Assembly: GCA_038842485.1 (NCBI GenBank)
Contig: JAWBSP010000014.1
Coordinates: 1 to 31,345 of the forward strand
Reading direction: 5' to 3'
DNA length: 31,345 bases
DNA from: Candidatus Hadarchaeales archaeon
Lineage (GTDB): Archaea > Hadarchaeota > Hadarchaeia > Hadarchaeales > JAWBSP01
Part shown: positions 17,514 through 31,208 of the stretch, piece by piece
Position numbering within the stretch: the stretch's first letter is position 1
How the letters are laid out: every line of letters starts with the position of its first letter
Program-made: the position numbers and the translations under genes
Notes under the pieces: model-generated
Database searches by the model: none
What the model saw: the letters and a program-made list of their open reading frames with translations, nothing else
Told to the model about the DNA's origin: nothing

Positions 17514-18262
17514 AAGCGACGGAGACGAGGAACGCCATCTGCATGATTTCCGGGGGGGTGGATTCCGTCACCACCGCCTACTACGTGAAGAAAGAGGTCA
17601 AGCCACCCAAGATGGAACTGATCTTCTGCGACTACGGGCAGAGAACCGCGGAGTACGAGCGTTTCTGCATCGAGAAGGTTGCCAGCCTGCTGGGGACGAG
17701 AGTGCGGGTCATAGATTTGCGCTGGCTCGGCGGCATCAGCACCTCCCTGCTCACGAAGCAGGTGCCCATACCCGAGACCAGACCCGAGGATCTCTGGGAT
17801 CCCGAGAAGGCGAGGCAGAGGATTCTGAGGTGGTGGGACCCCTGCAGGAACGCCATCCTCCTCCTCGTCGGGCTGGCGCACGCAGAATCCTACTACATTT
17901 CCAGCGGTGAGAGGTACGATGTGTATATCGGGATACGGAGGGAGACGCCAGTGATGATGAAGGACAATACGCCCGAGTTTGTTGAGGAGATGAACAGGCT
18001 AGCGGAGCACGCCACCCATCACGGGGGGTACAGAATCCTCGCCCCGTTGATCAAACTGGACAAGGATGGGGTGGTAAGGCTGGGACAGGAGCTGGGGGTT
18101 CCCTGGAAGTACACCTACTCCTGTTATGCGGGGGCGGGATGGGTGGAGGCTGGGGAGAGGCTTCCCGTTCACTGCGGGACCTGCTCCAACTGCCGGCGGA
18201 GGCATCTGGCCTTCAAGAAGGCGGGCGTCCCGGATCCCTCGCTGTACAGGACGGTTCCGTGA
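17510..18262 (+). CDS. queC: 7-cyano-7-deazaguanine synthase (QueC-like)
   Basis: SGGVDS PP-loop, DYGQR, PxRN, TYSCY and CGTCSNC Zn site. ATGA overlap with the regulator. Confidence 0.8.
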   Translation: MKATETRNAICMISGGVDSVTTAYYVKKEVKPPKMELIFCDYGQRTAEYERFCIEKVASLLGTRVRVIDLRWLGGISTSLLTKQVPIPETRPEDLWDPEKARQRILRWWDPCRNAILLLVGLAHAESYYISSGERYDVYIGIRRETPVMMKDNTPEFVEEMNRLAEHATHHGGYRILAPLIKLDKDGVVRLGQELGVPWKYTYSCYAGAGWVEAGERLPVHCGTCSNCRRRHLAFKKAGVPDPSLYRTVP

Positions 18263-18564
18263 GCAGGCTGGTTCTGAAGACCCTGTTTTCTTTGGCCGAG
18301 GAGGAACTGGGGAAGGGCGCAAAGAGGGTGGCGGCTTACAGGATAGGGCAGAGGAGCATGCTGACGAGGGGGAGACTGCCCGATCTGCAGGTGAGGGCGG
18401 GAGGCATCCCTTATGTGGTATGTGTGTGGAGGAGGGAGGGGTTGCGGGTGTACTTCTGCGACGAGGACGGCAGAGCTGTGCTTGGAGAGAATCTCACCTG
18501 GGCGGAGGTGGGAGGCTTTCTGAGGCGGCTGGGGAAGTGCCGAACTTTGTTCGAGCTGCCCTGA
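18259..18564 (+). CDS. Hypothetical protein (about 101 aa)
   Basis: GTG overlaps the queC stop (GTGA); protein-like composition. Confidence 0.55.
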   Translation: MSRLVLKTLFSLAEEELGKGAKRVAAYRIGQRSMLTRGRLPDLQVRAGGIPYVVCVWRREGLRVYFCDEDGRAVLGENLTWAEVGGFLRRLGKCRTLFELP

Positions 18565-19000
18565 GAATCCTCTCCACTGCCTGTTCGGGCGTGACCTCCT
18601 CGGAGTCTATGAGGAGATCCGGTTTCTCGGGTTCCTCAAACTCCGCGTGGATGATTTTGACGCCCTTCTCACCCACCGGTCTTTCCCTCTGGGCGTCCCT
18701 TCGGAGACACGTCTGGAGGGAAGCTTTGATCAGCACGGTAAGAATTGGTGTTTTGTGGTATCTGGCCAGCTCCTCGATTTTCTCCCTCCACTCTCTCCTG
18801 TAGAAGGTCCCCTCCAGAACCATCCCCTTTTTCCCCATCTCCCGCTCCAGCTGGGAGAGAAGCCTGCTGTACACCCTGCGCTTGAACCTTTCGGTGCTGA
18901 GGAGCTCAGCCCCCGTCCGGTCGGCAAGCAGTCTGCCGATGGTTGACTTTCCAACACCGGGAGGGCCGCAGAGGAGGATTAGCCAGTTTGGGTTTTCCAT
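18494..19000 (-). CDS. P-loop kinase (AAA_33 / PNK / PSTK-like)
   Basis: LILLCGPPGVGKST, VLEGT, lid CLRRDAQR and LLIDS. Start at ATG 19000. Confidence 0.8.
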   Translation of the reverse strand: MENPNWLILLCGPPGVGKSTIGRLLADRTGAELLSTERFKRRVYSRLLSQLEREMGKKGMVLEGTFYRREWREKIEELARYHKTPILTVLIKASLQTCLRRDAQRERPVGEKGVKIIHAEFEEPEKPDLLIDSEEVTPEQAVERILRAARTKFGTSPAASESLPPPPR

Positions 19001-19057
19001 CCAAACTCTTCGTTTAGAGCACATCTCCGCGGTGAGTCAAAGGTTTTATGGGATAAG

Positions 19058-19072
19058 GAGAATATTTTATAG
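19058..19072 (+). promoter_or_regulatory. Putative rRNA operon promoter (BRE/TATA)
   Basis: Purine-rich BRE-like sequence followed by TTTTATA, about 130 nt upstream of 16S. Confidence 0.5.
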
Positions 19073-19145
19073 CCCACACCAAGCGAGCGGTCTGATTTGG
19101 TGAGGGCCGTGGTCCGTGTGTGGGTACAGGATGCGGATCCGAGAA

Positions 19146-19180
19146 CTGAGCTTCGGGTCTGAGAAAGGTTCGGCATCCCC
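19146..19180 (+). other. 5' strand of the pre-16S processing stem with a BHB motif
   Basis: Pairs with 20691-20725: 14-bp inner helix, AAA bulge, 4-bp TGAG/CTCA helix, ATG bulge, and a 13/14-paired outer helix. Confidence 0.85.
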
Positions 19181-19199
19181 GTCTACTTGCGGCCACCCA

Positions 19200-20684
<1,485 letters not shown>

Positions 20685-20710
20685 GAGTCTGGGGATGCCG
20701 AACCCTCAAT

Positions 20711-20783
20711 GGGCCCGTAGCTCAGCTGGTAGAGCGTTGGCTTTGCAAGCCAGAGGTCCCGGGTTCGAGTCCCGGCGGGTCCA
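20711..20783 (+). tRNA. tRNA-Ala(TGC)
   Basis: Acceptor GGGCCCG/CGGGTCC with G3-U70, anticodon loop TTTGCAA, T loop TTCGAGT; located in the rRNA spacer. Confidence 0.97.
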
Positions 20784-20894
20784 CTAAAAGCTAAATAGGT
20801 TGTCAAGTAGATTTATTTGGCAAATGCGGCATGCAGAGTAAATTTGCATGCTGAGACCTATCGCGATCCCGCGGATGAGGTAGCACAGGCGTGA

Positions 20895-23945
<3,051 letters not shown>

Positions 23946-23993
23946 TCACGCCTTGCTACCTTTACGGCATGTTTTGGATTAACTGGTTATCGC

Positions 23994-24008
23994 CTCTTTT
24001 CGTTTTTG
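23994..24008 (+). terminator. Oligo-T tract, possible rRNA operon terminator
   Basis: CTCTTTTCGTTTTT downstream of the 23S processing stem. Confidence 0.35.
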
Positions 24009-24057
24009 GTAATTTGTCAAATATTCCCTTCTTTTAAGCAGGGAAAGAAAGCGAAAG

Positions 24058-26040
24058 ATGAAGGAATCTAGAAAATCCATTTTAGCGGTAGTTTTTGTAA
24101 TCCTCCAATCCTTTTTGGTCTTATCCGTGTCATCCTCCATCCTTTTAGCGCAGGAGGATGTCCTCCCGGCAGAGCCCATGCCAGAGGAGAATAGAATCCC
24201 AACTGCTCTCCTCGTCTTCCCCTCCTATTTTTCTGCGGTTTCCGGCGAGAGTCTCGCTCTCAGCTTCCTCCTGATGGATGATGCGGGTAACCCGATTGCT
24301 GGGAAGCGAATAACCCTGAGCCCGCCCTCTGCTGGCACCCTCTATCCCTTGGAGGAGCTCACCAACGAAAGGGGGGTCTTGAATGCCATCTACTCCGCCC
24401 CCGAGGTCACCCAAGCAGAAGAAGTGTTCATCTCCGCATATTTCGAGGGCGATGAGCTGTACTTGTACAGTAGGGGAGGTGCGTGCGGAATCGTCTATCC
24501 ATCCCGCCAAGTCGGGGCGAGCATCATAGTGCTCTCACCAGAGAGATTTGAGCTGGTTTCTGGGGAGAAACTTCGGTTTGAGGCACACCTTTACATGGAC
24601 GGGGAGCCCCTCGCCGGGAAGGAGCTGTTCTGGGATGCTAGTTTGGGGACTATTTTGCCGTGGAGAACCCTCACGGATGAAAAAGGAACGGCGGCGGTCA
24701 CTTATGAGGCACCACACGTGGACGCACCCAGGATTGTGAGCATAGTGGTGAAGTTTGTTGGTGATAATTACCCGCCCGCTAGGGCCGAGATCCAAGGCAT
24801 CGTCTTCCCGCGGGGGATTTCGACCGTGCTGGAAGGCTCCCCTCCTAGTTTCACGCTCTATTCCGGGGAGAGCATCCGCCTAAAGTTCGGGCTCTTCGAC
24901 GAAGAGCGCCGTCCACTTGGAGGGAAGTTGATACATCTCTACACCGAGACGGGCAGGCTGGAGCCCATGGAGGTGCTCACAAGAGAGGAGGGCACAGTGG
25001 AGGTCGTCTACACGGCACCGATTGTCACCGAGCCCACCAAGGTGGTGGTGCATGCCCGTTTCGGAGGTGACGGCGAGTACCTCGTCAGTGAGGGCGCTAT
25101 AGTAGGCGGAATTTTGCCCAAGGGGATTCCCGCTCCTCCGGGACCTTCTCCCACCTTTCTTCTAGCATTTCCGACCACTTTCACTCATTCCTCCGGTGAA
25201 CCGCTTCTCCTCCTCTTCTTCCTACTGGACGAAAACGGGAATCCTCTAGCCGGTAAGCCAATGGGGTTCGAGACCTCCGCCGGTGAACTGATGCCCTCCG
25301 AGGGTGTCACGGACAGGAGGGGTAGCTTCACGGTCACTTACATCCCTCCACAGTTGACGGAAAAGACGAGAGTCAAAATCGTGGCCTTCTTCGGCGGGGA
25401 TGAAACGTACGCCGGAGCTTCCGCGAGTGTTGAGGGGATAATAGTTCCTGTGGAGCTGGCGGGTCCAACCCTACGTATCCAAAACGACCTGAAGGAGGTG
25501 GTGGGTCTGCCGGAGATGGAGGGACTGGAGGTCATAGATAATCTCGTTGGGGTGCTACCGAGCAAGGTGGGGGCAGTGATAAGTATCAGGGAGGCCGTTC
25601 CTCCAGAAACCCCCAGCTTCAAGCGTCCGGAGATTGCCGTTATCACAGAGGTCAAGAAGGACTGCTTGGAGGTGAGGGTGGATTCGACCGTCCCGGAAGG
25701 AAGGACGGTGGTGGTGAATCTGGATAATGTAACCCTACTGAGGCTGGGACTGGTGGAGATAAAGGTTCTCGTTGACAACGTGGAGGCCAAGCTTGCGGAC
25801 GACTACGCCGATGTGCTGGATCCCACCGATGACGGTGGGCTCTGCGAGTACTTGGTGCTCCTAGGGGGAAAGGGGGCGCAGGTCCTAGTCTCCATCCCGC
25901 ACTTCTCCACCAGAACCATCACCATCAGGGGGCCTCTGGCGGTCGCTGGGCCTTGGACGCCACTCATGATTGCCATTGGGATTTTGGTAACTGTCGTAAT
26001 CCTGCTTTTCACCTTCCACCGTTACAGAAGAGCCCACTGA
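24058..26040 (+). CDS. Cell-surface protein with four tandem Ig-like (Big-1/invasin-type) repeats and a C-terminal TM anchor
   Basis: Signal peptide; four repeats of about 100 aa (SGE..L.D..G.P.AGK..G.L.P...T...G....Y..P....F.GD..Y); C-terminal DDYADVLDPTDD..HFSTRTITI domain; TM helix followed by RYRR. Confidence 0.8.
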   Translation: MKESRKSILAVVFVILQSFLVLSVSSSILLAQEDVLPAEPMPEENRIPTALLVFPSYFSAVSGESLALSFLLMDDAGNPIAGKRITLSPPSAGTLYPLEELTNERGVLNAIYSAPEVTQAEEVFISAYFEGDELYLYSRGGACGIVYPSRQVGASIIVLSPERFELVSGEKLRFEAHLYMDGEPLAGKELFWDASLGTILPWRTLTDEKGTAAVTYEAPHVDAPRIVSIVVKFVGDNYPPARAEIQGIVFPRGISTVLEGSPPSFTLYSGESIRLKFGLFDEERRPLGGKLIHLYTETGRLEPMEVLTREEGTVEVVYTAPIVTEPTKVVVHARFGGDGEYLVSEGAIVGGILPKGIPAPPGPSPTFLLAFPTTFTHSSGEPLLLLFFLLDENGNPLAGKPMGFETSAGELMPSEGVTDRRGSFTVTYIPPQLTEKTRVKIVAFFGGDETYAGASASVEGIIVPVELAGPTLRIQNDLKEVVGLPEMEGLEVIDNLVGVLPSKVGAVISIREAVPPETPSFKRPEIAVITEVKKDCLEVRVDSTVPEGRTVVVNLDNVTLLRLGLVEIKVLVDNVEAKLADDYADVLDPTDDGGLCEYLVLLGGKGAQVLVSIPHFSTRTITIRGPLAVAGPWTPLMIAIGILVTVVILLFTFHRYRRAH

Positions 26041-26072
26041 GCATACCCACGCAGAACACCATGCCGGCGGCT

Positions 26073-26293
26073 AGAAGGGGCTTGATTGCGGCAGGCCACG
26101 GCCGGTCCCGCCTCAGTGGCGAGCCACTTGGCGCTTACTTCTGGCGGGGCGCACACCATTTCACACCTTGCCGAGGGAAACCCGAGCACCCTCCCTTCCC
26201 TGAGCTGGGCCGCCTGGAAGGAGCAGCCGCCTCGTGGACCTGTCTTCTAATCCTCGGGTTTCCCGCGTGCGTGCACCTCAGCCCCCCTTTTCT
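26073..26293. ncRNA. Candidate structured RNA or element in an intergenic region
   Basis: Nested stems including the perfect 12-bp GGGAAACCCGAG/CTCGGGTTTCCC; no family recognised. Confidence 0.3.
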
Positions 26294-26313
26294 CCTGCGG
26301 TTGGAATTTTGTA

Positions 26314-27474
26314 GTGGATCCCGTTAGCCTCCTCGGTGCGCTCAGCCTGATGATCATAGTGGGGGTCGCATCGGACTGGCTTTTCAGGCGGGCCATGGTC
26401 CCCGATACCATCCCTCTAATCCTGCTGGGCATCCTCCTGGGTCCGGGTCTGGGAATCCTTCCCTCTCAATCCCTGAAACCCCTTGCCCCGGTGGTGGGCT
26501 CGCTCTCCCTGATTGTCATCCTGCTCGATCAGGGGATGAAGCTGAGCTACGTGAAGCTTCTGAAGGGTGCCCCGCGTGCAATCCTGCTGGCCTTCTCCAC
26601 CTTTCTTTTCTCCGTTCTGCTCATCGCCCCGCTGGCGCACGTTCTCCTCAACCTCTCCCCCCTCCTCTCCCTCGCGCTGGGGGCGATACTGGGTGGAACG
26701 TCCTCCGTCATCATCGCCCCACTGGTTGAGAAGCTCGAGATCCTCTCAAGGATCAAGACCCTCCTGCTCATCGACTCCGTGATAACGGATATACTGTGCA
26801 TCGTCTCCGTCCTTGCTCTCTGCACGCTGGTGGCCCCCAGCCCGGCGGAGGTGGGCAGGAACCTTGCCACCACGTTTCTTTCCGCCGCAGCTTTGGGAAC
26901 CTTGGTGGGGATCTGCTGGCTTCCCCTCTCGCTCAGGTTTCAGGGCATCCCCTTCTCCTACTCCCTCCTTCTTGCGGTGTCCTTCTGCATCTACGCGGTG
27001 ACGGAGACGCTGGGGGCAAGTGGCGGTCTGGCGGTGCTGGCCTTCGGCCTGACGCTTGGGAACGCCTCGAAGCTCGGGAGGATGCTGAGACTTCAGGTGG
27101 AGATGCCGGATCCGGAGGTGAGGCGGTTTCACGGGGAGGTGACGTTTATGGTCAGGACCTTCTTTCTGGTTTACTTGGGGAGCATGTTCGACCGGGGCTT
27201 CCTGCCCCTGCTTCCCGGCTCCTTCGCCATCTTCCTAGCCTGTGTGGTGGCCAGGATGCTCTCAGCCAAGGTGACCTGTTTCCGTGACCCGCAGCTGGGG
27301 CAGGAGGAGGTTTTCATCGGGCTGATGCTCCCCAAGGGACTGGCGGCGGCCGTGCTTTCCTACCTCCCCTACCAGTACGGATACGCGGAGGCCTCCAGCT
27401 TCCCGTCGATCGTACTCTCCATCATCCTCTTTACCAACCTGCTCTCGATGGTTGCAACGCTCAGGCGCAGGTGA
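26314..27474 (+). CDS. Cation/proton antiporter, CPA1 (NhaP-like)
   Basis: About 12 TM helices; GILLGPGLG, GGTS, LIDSVITD (ES..ND-like), FFLVYLG and MLPKGLAAAVL. Confidence 0.88.
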   Translation: MDPVSLLGALSLMIIVGVASDWLFRRAMVPDTIPLILLGILLGPGLGILPSQSLKPLAPVVGSLSLIVILLDQGMKLSYVKLLKGAPRAILLAFSTFLFSVLLIAPLAHVLLNLSPLLSLALGAILGGTSSVIIAPLVEKLEILSRIKTLLLIDSVITDILCIVSVLALCTLVAPSPAEVGRNLATTFLSAAALGTLVGICWLPLSLRFQGIPFSYSLLLAVSFCIYAVTETLGASGGLAVLAFGLTLGNASKLGRMLRLQVEMPDPEVRRFHGEVTFMVRTFFLVYLGSMFDRGFLPLLPGSFAIFLACVVARMLSAKVTCFRDPQLGQEEVFIGLMLPKGLAAAVLSYLPYQYGYAEASSFPSIVLSIILFTNLLSMVATLRRR

Positions 27475-27477
27475 AGC

Positions 27478-27651
27478 TCAGAAGGAGATGGCGTTGTTGG
27501 GGCAGGCAGTCTCGCAGGCCCTGCAGTCGGCGCAGTCCTTCTCGTTCACCAGCACGCACTTCCCCCCCTTCACCTCTAGGACTCCGGTTGGGCAGATGTT
27601 CACGCACTCCCCGCAACCGTTACACTTCGCTTGGTCTATTTTGGGAGGCAT
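27478..27651 (-). CDS. 2[4Fe-4S] ferredoxin (57 aa; not in the ORF track)
   Basis: Manual translation [57 protein letters not shown] contains two CxxCxxCxxxCP motifs. Confidence 0.95.
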   Translation of the reverse strand: MPPKIDQAKCNGCGECVNICPTGVLEVKGGKCVLVNEKDCADCRACETACPNNAISF

Positions 27652-27832
27652 TGAGTCTTTTCCACAGGGAAGTTATATATCCGGCTATCCGGTTTCGCTC
27701 CGATTTGCTAACCTTAATTAATTCCGCCACCGCACGCTTGTTCTGATTGAAGTCCCCCGAGAATTTCTCCGGATGTGCCTGCAGGAGCTCCATCGCCGTC
27801 CGCTTCACCGAGGTGGTTCTAATCCTCCCCAT
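27620..27832 (-). CDS. rps17e: 30S ribosomal protein S17e
   Basis: MGRIRT..VKR, DFNQNK and RNRIAGYIT. Confidence 0.95.
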   Translation of the reverse strand: MGRIRTTSVKRTAMELLQAHPEKFSGDFNQNKRAVAELIKVSKSERNRIAGYITSLWKRLNASQNRPSEV

Positions 27833-29123
27833 TCGGAGCCTCCCTCCCCAATTTCAGCGCGAGCTCCACCACCTCGAAGGGATCCCTCCCGAAGATTCTC
27901 ACCATGGCCTCCTTCCCGGGCCCCCCTCGGTCGAAAATCACCTGGGGCGCGGCGGTTTTCTCCATCGTCTTCAGCATGCCCCACCTCATGGTCCTCACAC
28001 CTCTGGGTTCCTCCTTCCTCTTGAACTCCGCCACTCTTAATCCCAACCTTCTGCAGGCCCTCTCCACCCCCTCCCAGTACCTGACATTCATGGCTGCCCG
28101 CGTCCGGGGGTTCTTCTCCATCACCGTCAGGAGGGCTGTGGCCATGTGTTTCGAGCCCCCCAGCTCGGGGAAGCCGGTGAGGGTGGGTTTGCCCCCCACT
28201 CTGATTATCCTCCCGGAAAGTCCCACCACCTGTGAGGGATCCCTCGCCCAAGGAAGGGCCATCACCAGGTTGGTTCCCACCTCGGGGATGAGTCGCGCGG
28301 ATTGGGGGGCGCTCACGAACCTCTTGGCCGCGGCGTACACCATCTCCACGGCGCGGGCTCTTTCAAGGGAGGGGAAACCGGGAATCTTCCCCTCTCCCAC
28401 CTGAAGGGGGAACGCCAGCCCCTCGTGGACGAAATCTCCCGCCAGCCTGGTCGCCTCCTCCACCTCCAGACCCATGGCCAAGTGGGCGGTCAGGGCGGCG
28501 GAGAAGGAGCAGCCAGTCCCGTGGGCTTCCCCGCTCATTTTTTTCCTCCTGAGTTTCACCACTTTTTCGCGAGTGTAGAGCAGATCGCAGACCCATTTTC
28601 CCTTCAGGTGCCCACCCTTCACCACCACGGCTCTGGCCCCCAGTTCCGCTATCCTCTCGGCCGCTCTGACCATCCCGCGCTCATCCCTGATTTTCACCCC
28701 GGCCAGGATCTCGGCCTCCGGGATGTTGGGGGTGACCACCTCGGCCCTTTTCAGCAGTTTCTTGAGTTCCGGGAGTGCGGATTCCTGGAGCAGTCTGGCA
28801 CCGGTCGTGGCAGTCATTACGGGATCTATCACCAGCCTCAGGCCTCCCGTCTCCTCCTCTACCGCCCGAACGATTTCGGCGGAGTAAAGCATCCCAACCT
28901 TCGCCCACTCCACCTTCAGATCCGAGAGGACGGACCTTATCTGCTGCCGGACGAGCTCGGGAGGGAGGGGAAAGATTTCTCTGATTTCTCGCGTGTTCTG
29001 GGCAGTTACCGCGGTCAGCACGGATGCCCCATGTACCCCCAGAGCGAGGAAGGTCTTGAGGTCTGCCTGGATCCCTGCCCCACCGCAGGAGTCCGAGCCC
29101 CCGATGGTCAGCACCGATCTCAT
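27819..29123 (-). CDS. thiDN: Bifunctional HMP/HMP-P kinase and thiamine-phosphate synthase (ThiD-ThiN)
   Basis: [26 protein letters not shown] and HGTGC, followed by ThiN IPEVGTN, GGSKH, AAMNVRY and D.GGPGKE. Start ATG 29123. Confidence 0.93.
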   Translation of the reverse strand: MRSVLTIGGSDSCGGAGIQADLKTFLALGVHGASVLTAVTAQNTREIREIFPLPPELVRQQIRSVLSDLKVEWAKVGMLYSAEIVRAVEEETGGLRLVIDPVMTATTGARLLQESALPELKKLLKRAEVVTPNIPEAEILAGVKIRDERGMVRAAERIAELGARAVVVKGGHLKGKWVCDLLYTREKVVKLRRKKMSGEAHGTGCSFSAALTAHLAMGLEVEEATRLAGDFVHEGLAFPLQVGEGKIPGFPSLERARAVEMVYAAAKRFVSAPQSARLIPEVGTNLVMALPWARDPSQVVGLSGRIIRVGGKPTLTGFPELGGSKHMATALLTVMEKNPRTRAAMNVRYWEGVERACRRLGLRVAEFKRKEEPRGVRTMRWGMLKTMEKTAAPQVIFDRGGPGKEAMVRIFGRDPFEVVELALKLGREAPNGED

Positions 29124-30379
29124 ACGCGCTCCCCAACCAGATAGGTGCTCTCCGCACGGACGATGGTCACGCACACCTCCTCCCCAATCGCTCCCTCCTT
29201 CAGCACCACAGGCTTGTAGTTCGGCGTCCTTGCCAGGACCCCCCCTCTCGTTCCCCTCTCCACGATCAGGGCGGGGAAGGTTTTCCCCACATACCTCCGA
29301 TTGACCTCCAGCCCGATTCGATGGCAGAGCCCGGTCAGAATCCTCGACCTCTCCGCCACCTCCTCTGAACCGAGCTGCTTGAGCCTGGAGGCATCCGTGC
29401 CTGGGAGGGGGGAGAACTTGGAGAGGTTCACCTTGTCTGGCCTGATCTCCTCCACCAGCTCGAGGGTGCGCCTGAAGGCCTCCCCGCTCTCGGTCGGGAA
29501 GCCAACTATGATGTCCGTCACGAGCTGGAGGTCGGGAAAGCGCTGGCGGAAGGCACGAACCACCCTCCTGAAGGTTTCAACCGTGTAGCCCCTCCTCATG
29601 TCTCTCAGGACCCCATCGTCCCCGCTCTGAACCGGGAGGTGGAGGAACTTGTAGATCTTGGGGCTCTCGTACGCTTCGAGCAGGCCGGGAAGGATTCTCT
29701 CCGCGAAGAGGGGGTTCATCATTCCAACCCTCATTCTGAATTCCCCCGGGATGGAGGCGAGCCTCGAGAGGAGTTCCGGCAGGCCGGTTCCCAGGTCCAG
29801 CCCGTAGGCGGCAGTGTCCTGGCCCGTCAGGAGGATTTCCCTCGCCCCCTGCTCGACGGCCTCCCTGACCTCCCGCTCGAGCGCCTCGGGCGAAAAGCTG
29901 TGGAGGGTGCCCCTAGCCAGCTTGACCGAGCAGTAGCTGCAGTTGGAGAGGCAACCCTCGGCGATCTGGACGATGGCGCTCACCCTGCTCAGTCTGACTC
30001 TCGGGAGCAGGGGTTTTTCCGAGAAGGGGTGGAAGAGCATCTTGACCGCCCTCTCCCCCCTCTCGATTCTTGAGAGGATCTCGGGGAGGCAGGGAATGGA
30101 CTTGCAGGAGATGGCATCGAAGCCGTCCGTGAGCCCAGGATCGATGAGCGGCAGGCACCCCGCAACCACCACGCGCTTCCCCTCGCGCCTCAGCCGCTCG
30201 AGCCGGCTCTTCATCCGCCTGTAGGTGGTTCCCTTGACCGCGCAGGTGTTGACGATGACCACATCCGCCTCCTCGGGACTCGAAACCAGGGTGTGGTGGG
30301 CCGAGAGGAGCTGGCCCAGGATGAGCTCCGAGTCCCCCCGGTTGGCGGTGCAGCCGTACGTCTCCAGGTGGATCTTCAT
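29120..30379 (-). CDS. mtaB: tRNA t6A37 methylthiotransferase (archaeal e-MtaB/CDKAL1 type)
   Basis: [28 protein letters not shown] radical SAM motif, HLPVQSG, IIVGFP and a TRAM-like tail. Confidence 0.85.
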   Translation of the reverse strand: MKIHLETYGCTANRGDSELILGQLLSAHHTLVSSPEEADVVIVNTCAVKGTTYRRMKSRLERLRREGKRVVVAGCLPLIDPGLTDGFDAISCKSIPCLPEILSRIERGERAVKMLFHPFSEKPLLPRVRLSRVSAIVQIAEGCLSNCSYCSVKLARGTLHSFSPEALEREVREAVEQGAREILLTGQDTAAYGLDLGTGLPELLSRLASIPGEFRMRVGMMNPLFAERILPGLLEAYESPKIYKFLHLPVQSGDDGVLRDMRRGYTVETFRRVVRAFRQRFPDLQLVTDIIVGFPTESGEAFRRTLELVEEIRPDKVNLSKFSPLPGTDASRLKQLGSEEVAERSRILTGLCHRIGLEVNRRYVGKTFPALIVERGTRGGVLARTPNYKPVVLKEGAIGEEVCVTIVRAESTYLVGERV

Positions 30380-30455
30380 CAATCAATTACCGGGGTTCAA
30401 ATTTCTGCCGACCCGCCACACCTCGATTTTTTAGGCTCCCCCGCTAAAACGAAAG

Positions 30456-31208
30456 GTGAAGAAGCTTCAGCTGACCTTGATCCAGATAGACAACTACGGC
30501 CCTTGGACGGTGACGCCAGCCCCCCGGAGGGAGGCGGATCTCCAGTCCCTGCAGGCCGATTTGTACTCGAGCCTCCAGAGGGAGTTCGGTGCGAGGGGGG
30601 GTCTGGTCTTCCTCATGCGGATGGACAACATGCTGGCGATCTCGAACGGGATATCGATGGCCCAGCACCGGGAGATCATGGAGAGGATCAACTCGCAGTT
30701 TCCCGTCACCGTGAGCATGGGGGTGGGGAAGGGGAGCACGGCTTACGAGGCCCAGCTCGAGGCAACCCTGGCCCTGCAGCGGGAGGGGAGCAGCAGGGGG
30801 AGGAGGTCGGTCCTGACCGGCTCGCAGGTTTCGCCACCGGAGGAGGATTTCGTCCAGCTGTGCCACCTCGACCTGAACCACTCTTCCCTCCTCACCGACA
30901 CCCTCCCCATCTACGACACCCAGCTGCTTCTCCAGCGCGCCCACCTCCACCTGATGGAGCGGATGAGCAGGTGGAACTCGCTCGTGTTCTACATGGGAGG
31001 GGACAATTTTCTGGCGCTCTGCAACGGGCTGGGAGAGGGGGAGCTCCTGGCGATGCTGGCGGACATCAAGAGGGAGCTGGGGCTCGAGTTCAAGGGAGGG
31101 GTCGGGTCCGGCAGGAACGGGGAAACGGCCGCGAGGCTGGCGGCGGAGGGGCTCCACGAGATAAGGAAGGGGAAGTCGGCTGGACCTATCGTGGTAAAGC
31201 GCGCATGA
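30456..31208 (+). CDS. gch3: GTP cyclohydrolase III
   Basis: IQIDNYGPWT, RE.DLQ.LQ, R.DN and YMGGDNF. Confidence 0.92.
   Translation: MKKLQLTLIQIDNYGPWTVTPAPRREADLQSLQADLYSSLQREFGARGGLVFLMRMDNMLAISNGISMAQHREIMERINSQFPVTVSMGVGKGSTAYEAQLEATLALQREGSSRGRRSVLTGSQVSPPEEDFVQLCHLDLNHSSLLTDTLPIYDTQLLLQRAHLHLMERMSRWNSLVFYMGGDNFLALCNGLGEGELLAMLADIKRELGLEFKGGVGSGRNGETAARLAAEGLHEIRKGKSAGPIVVKRA

Noticed and set aside
26041-26310. SRP RNA, RNase P RNA or cobalamin riboswitch identity for the structured gap
   Set aside because: GGAAGGAGCAG resembles SRP helix 8 but lacks the CAGG partner and Alu domain. RNase P CR-I/CR-V and a proper B12 box are absent.
30390-30420. GGGGTTCAAAT T-loop-like motif in the mtaB/gch3 intergenic region
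   Set aside because: No T-stem or cloverleaf can be formed.
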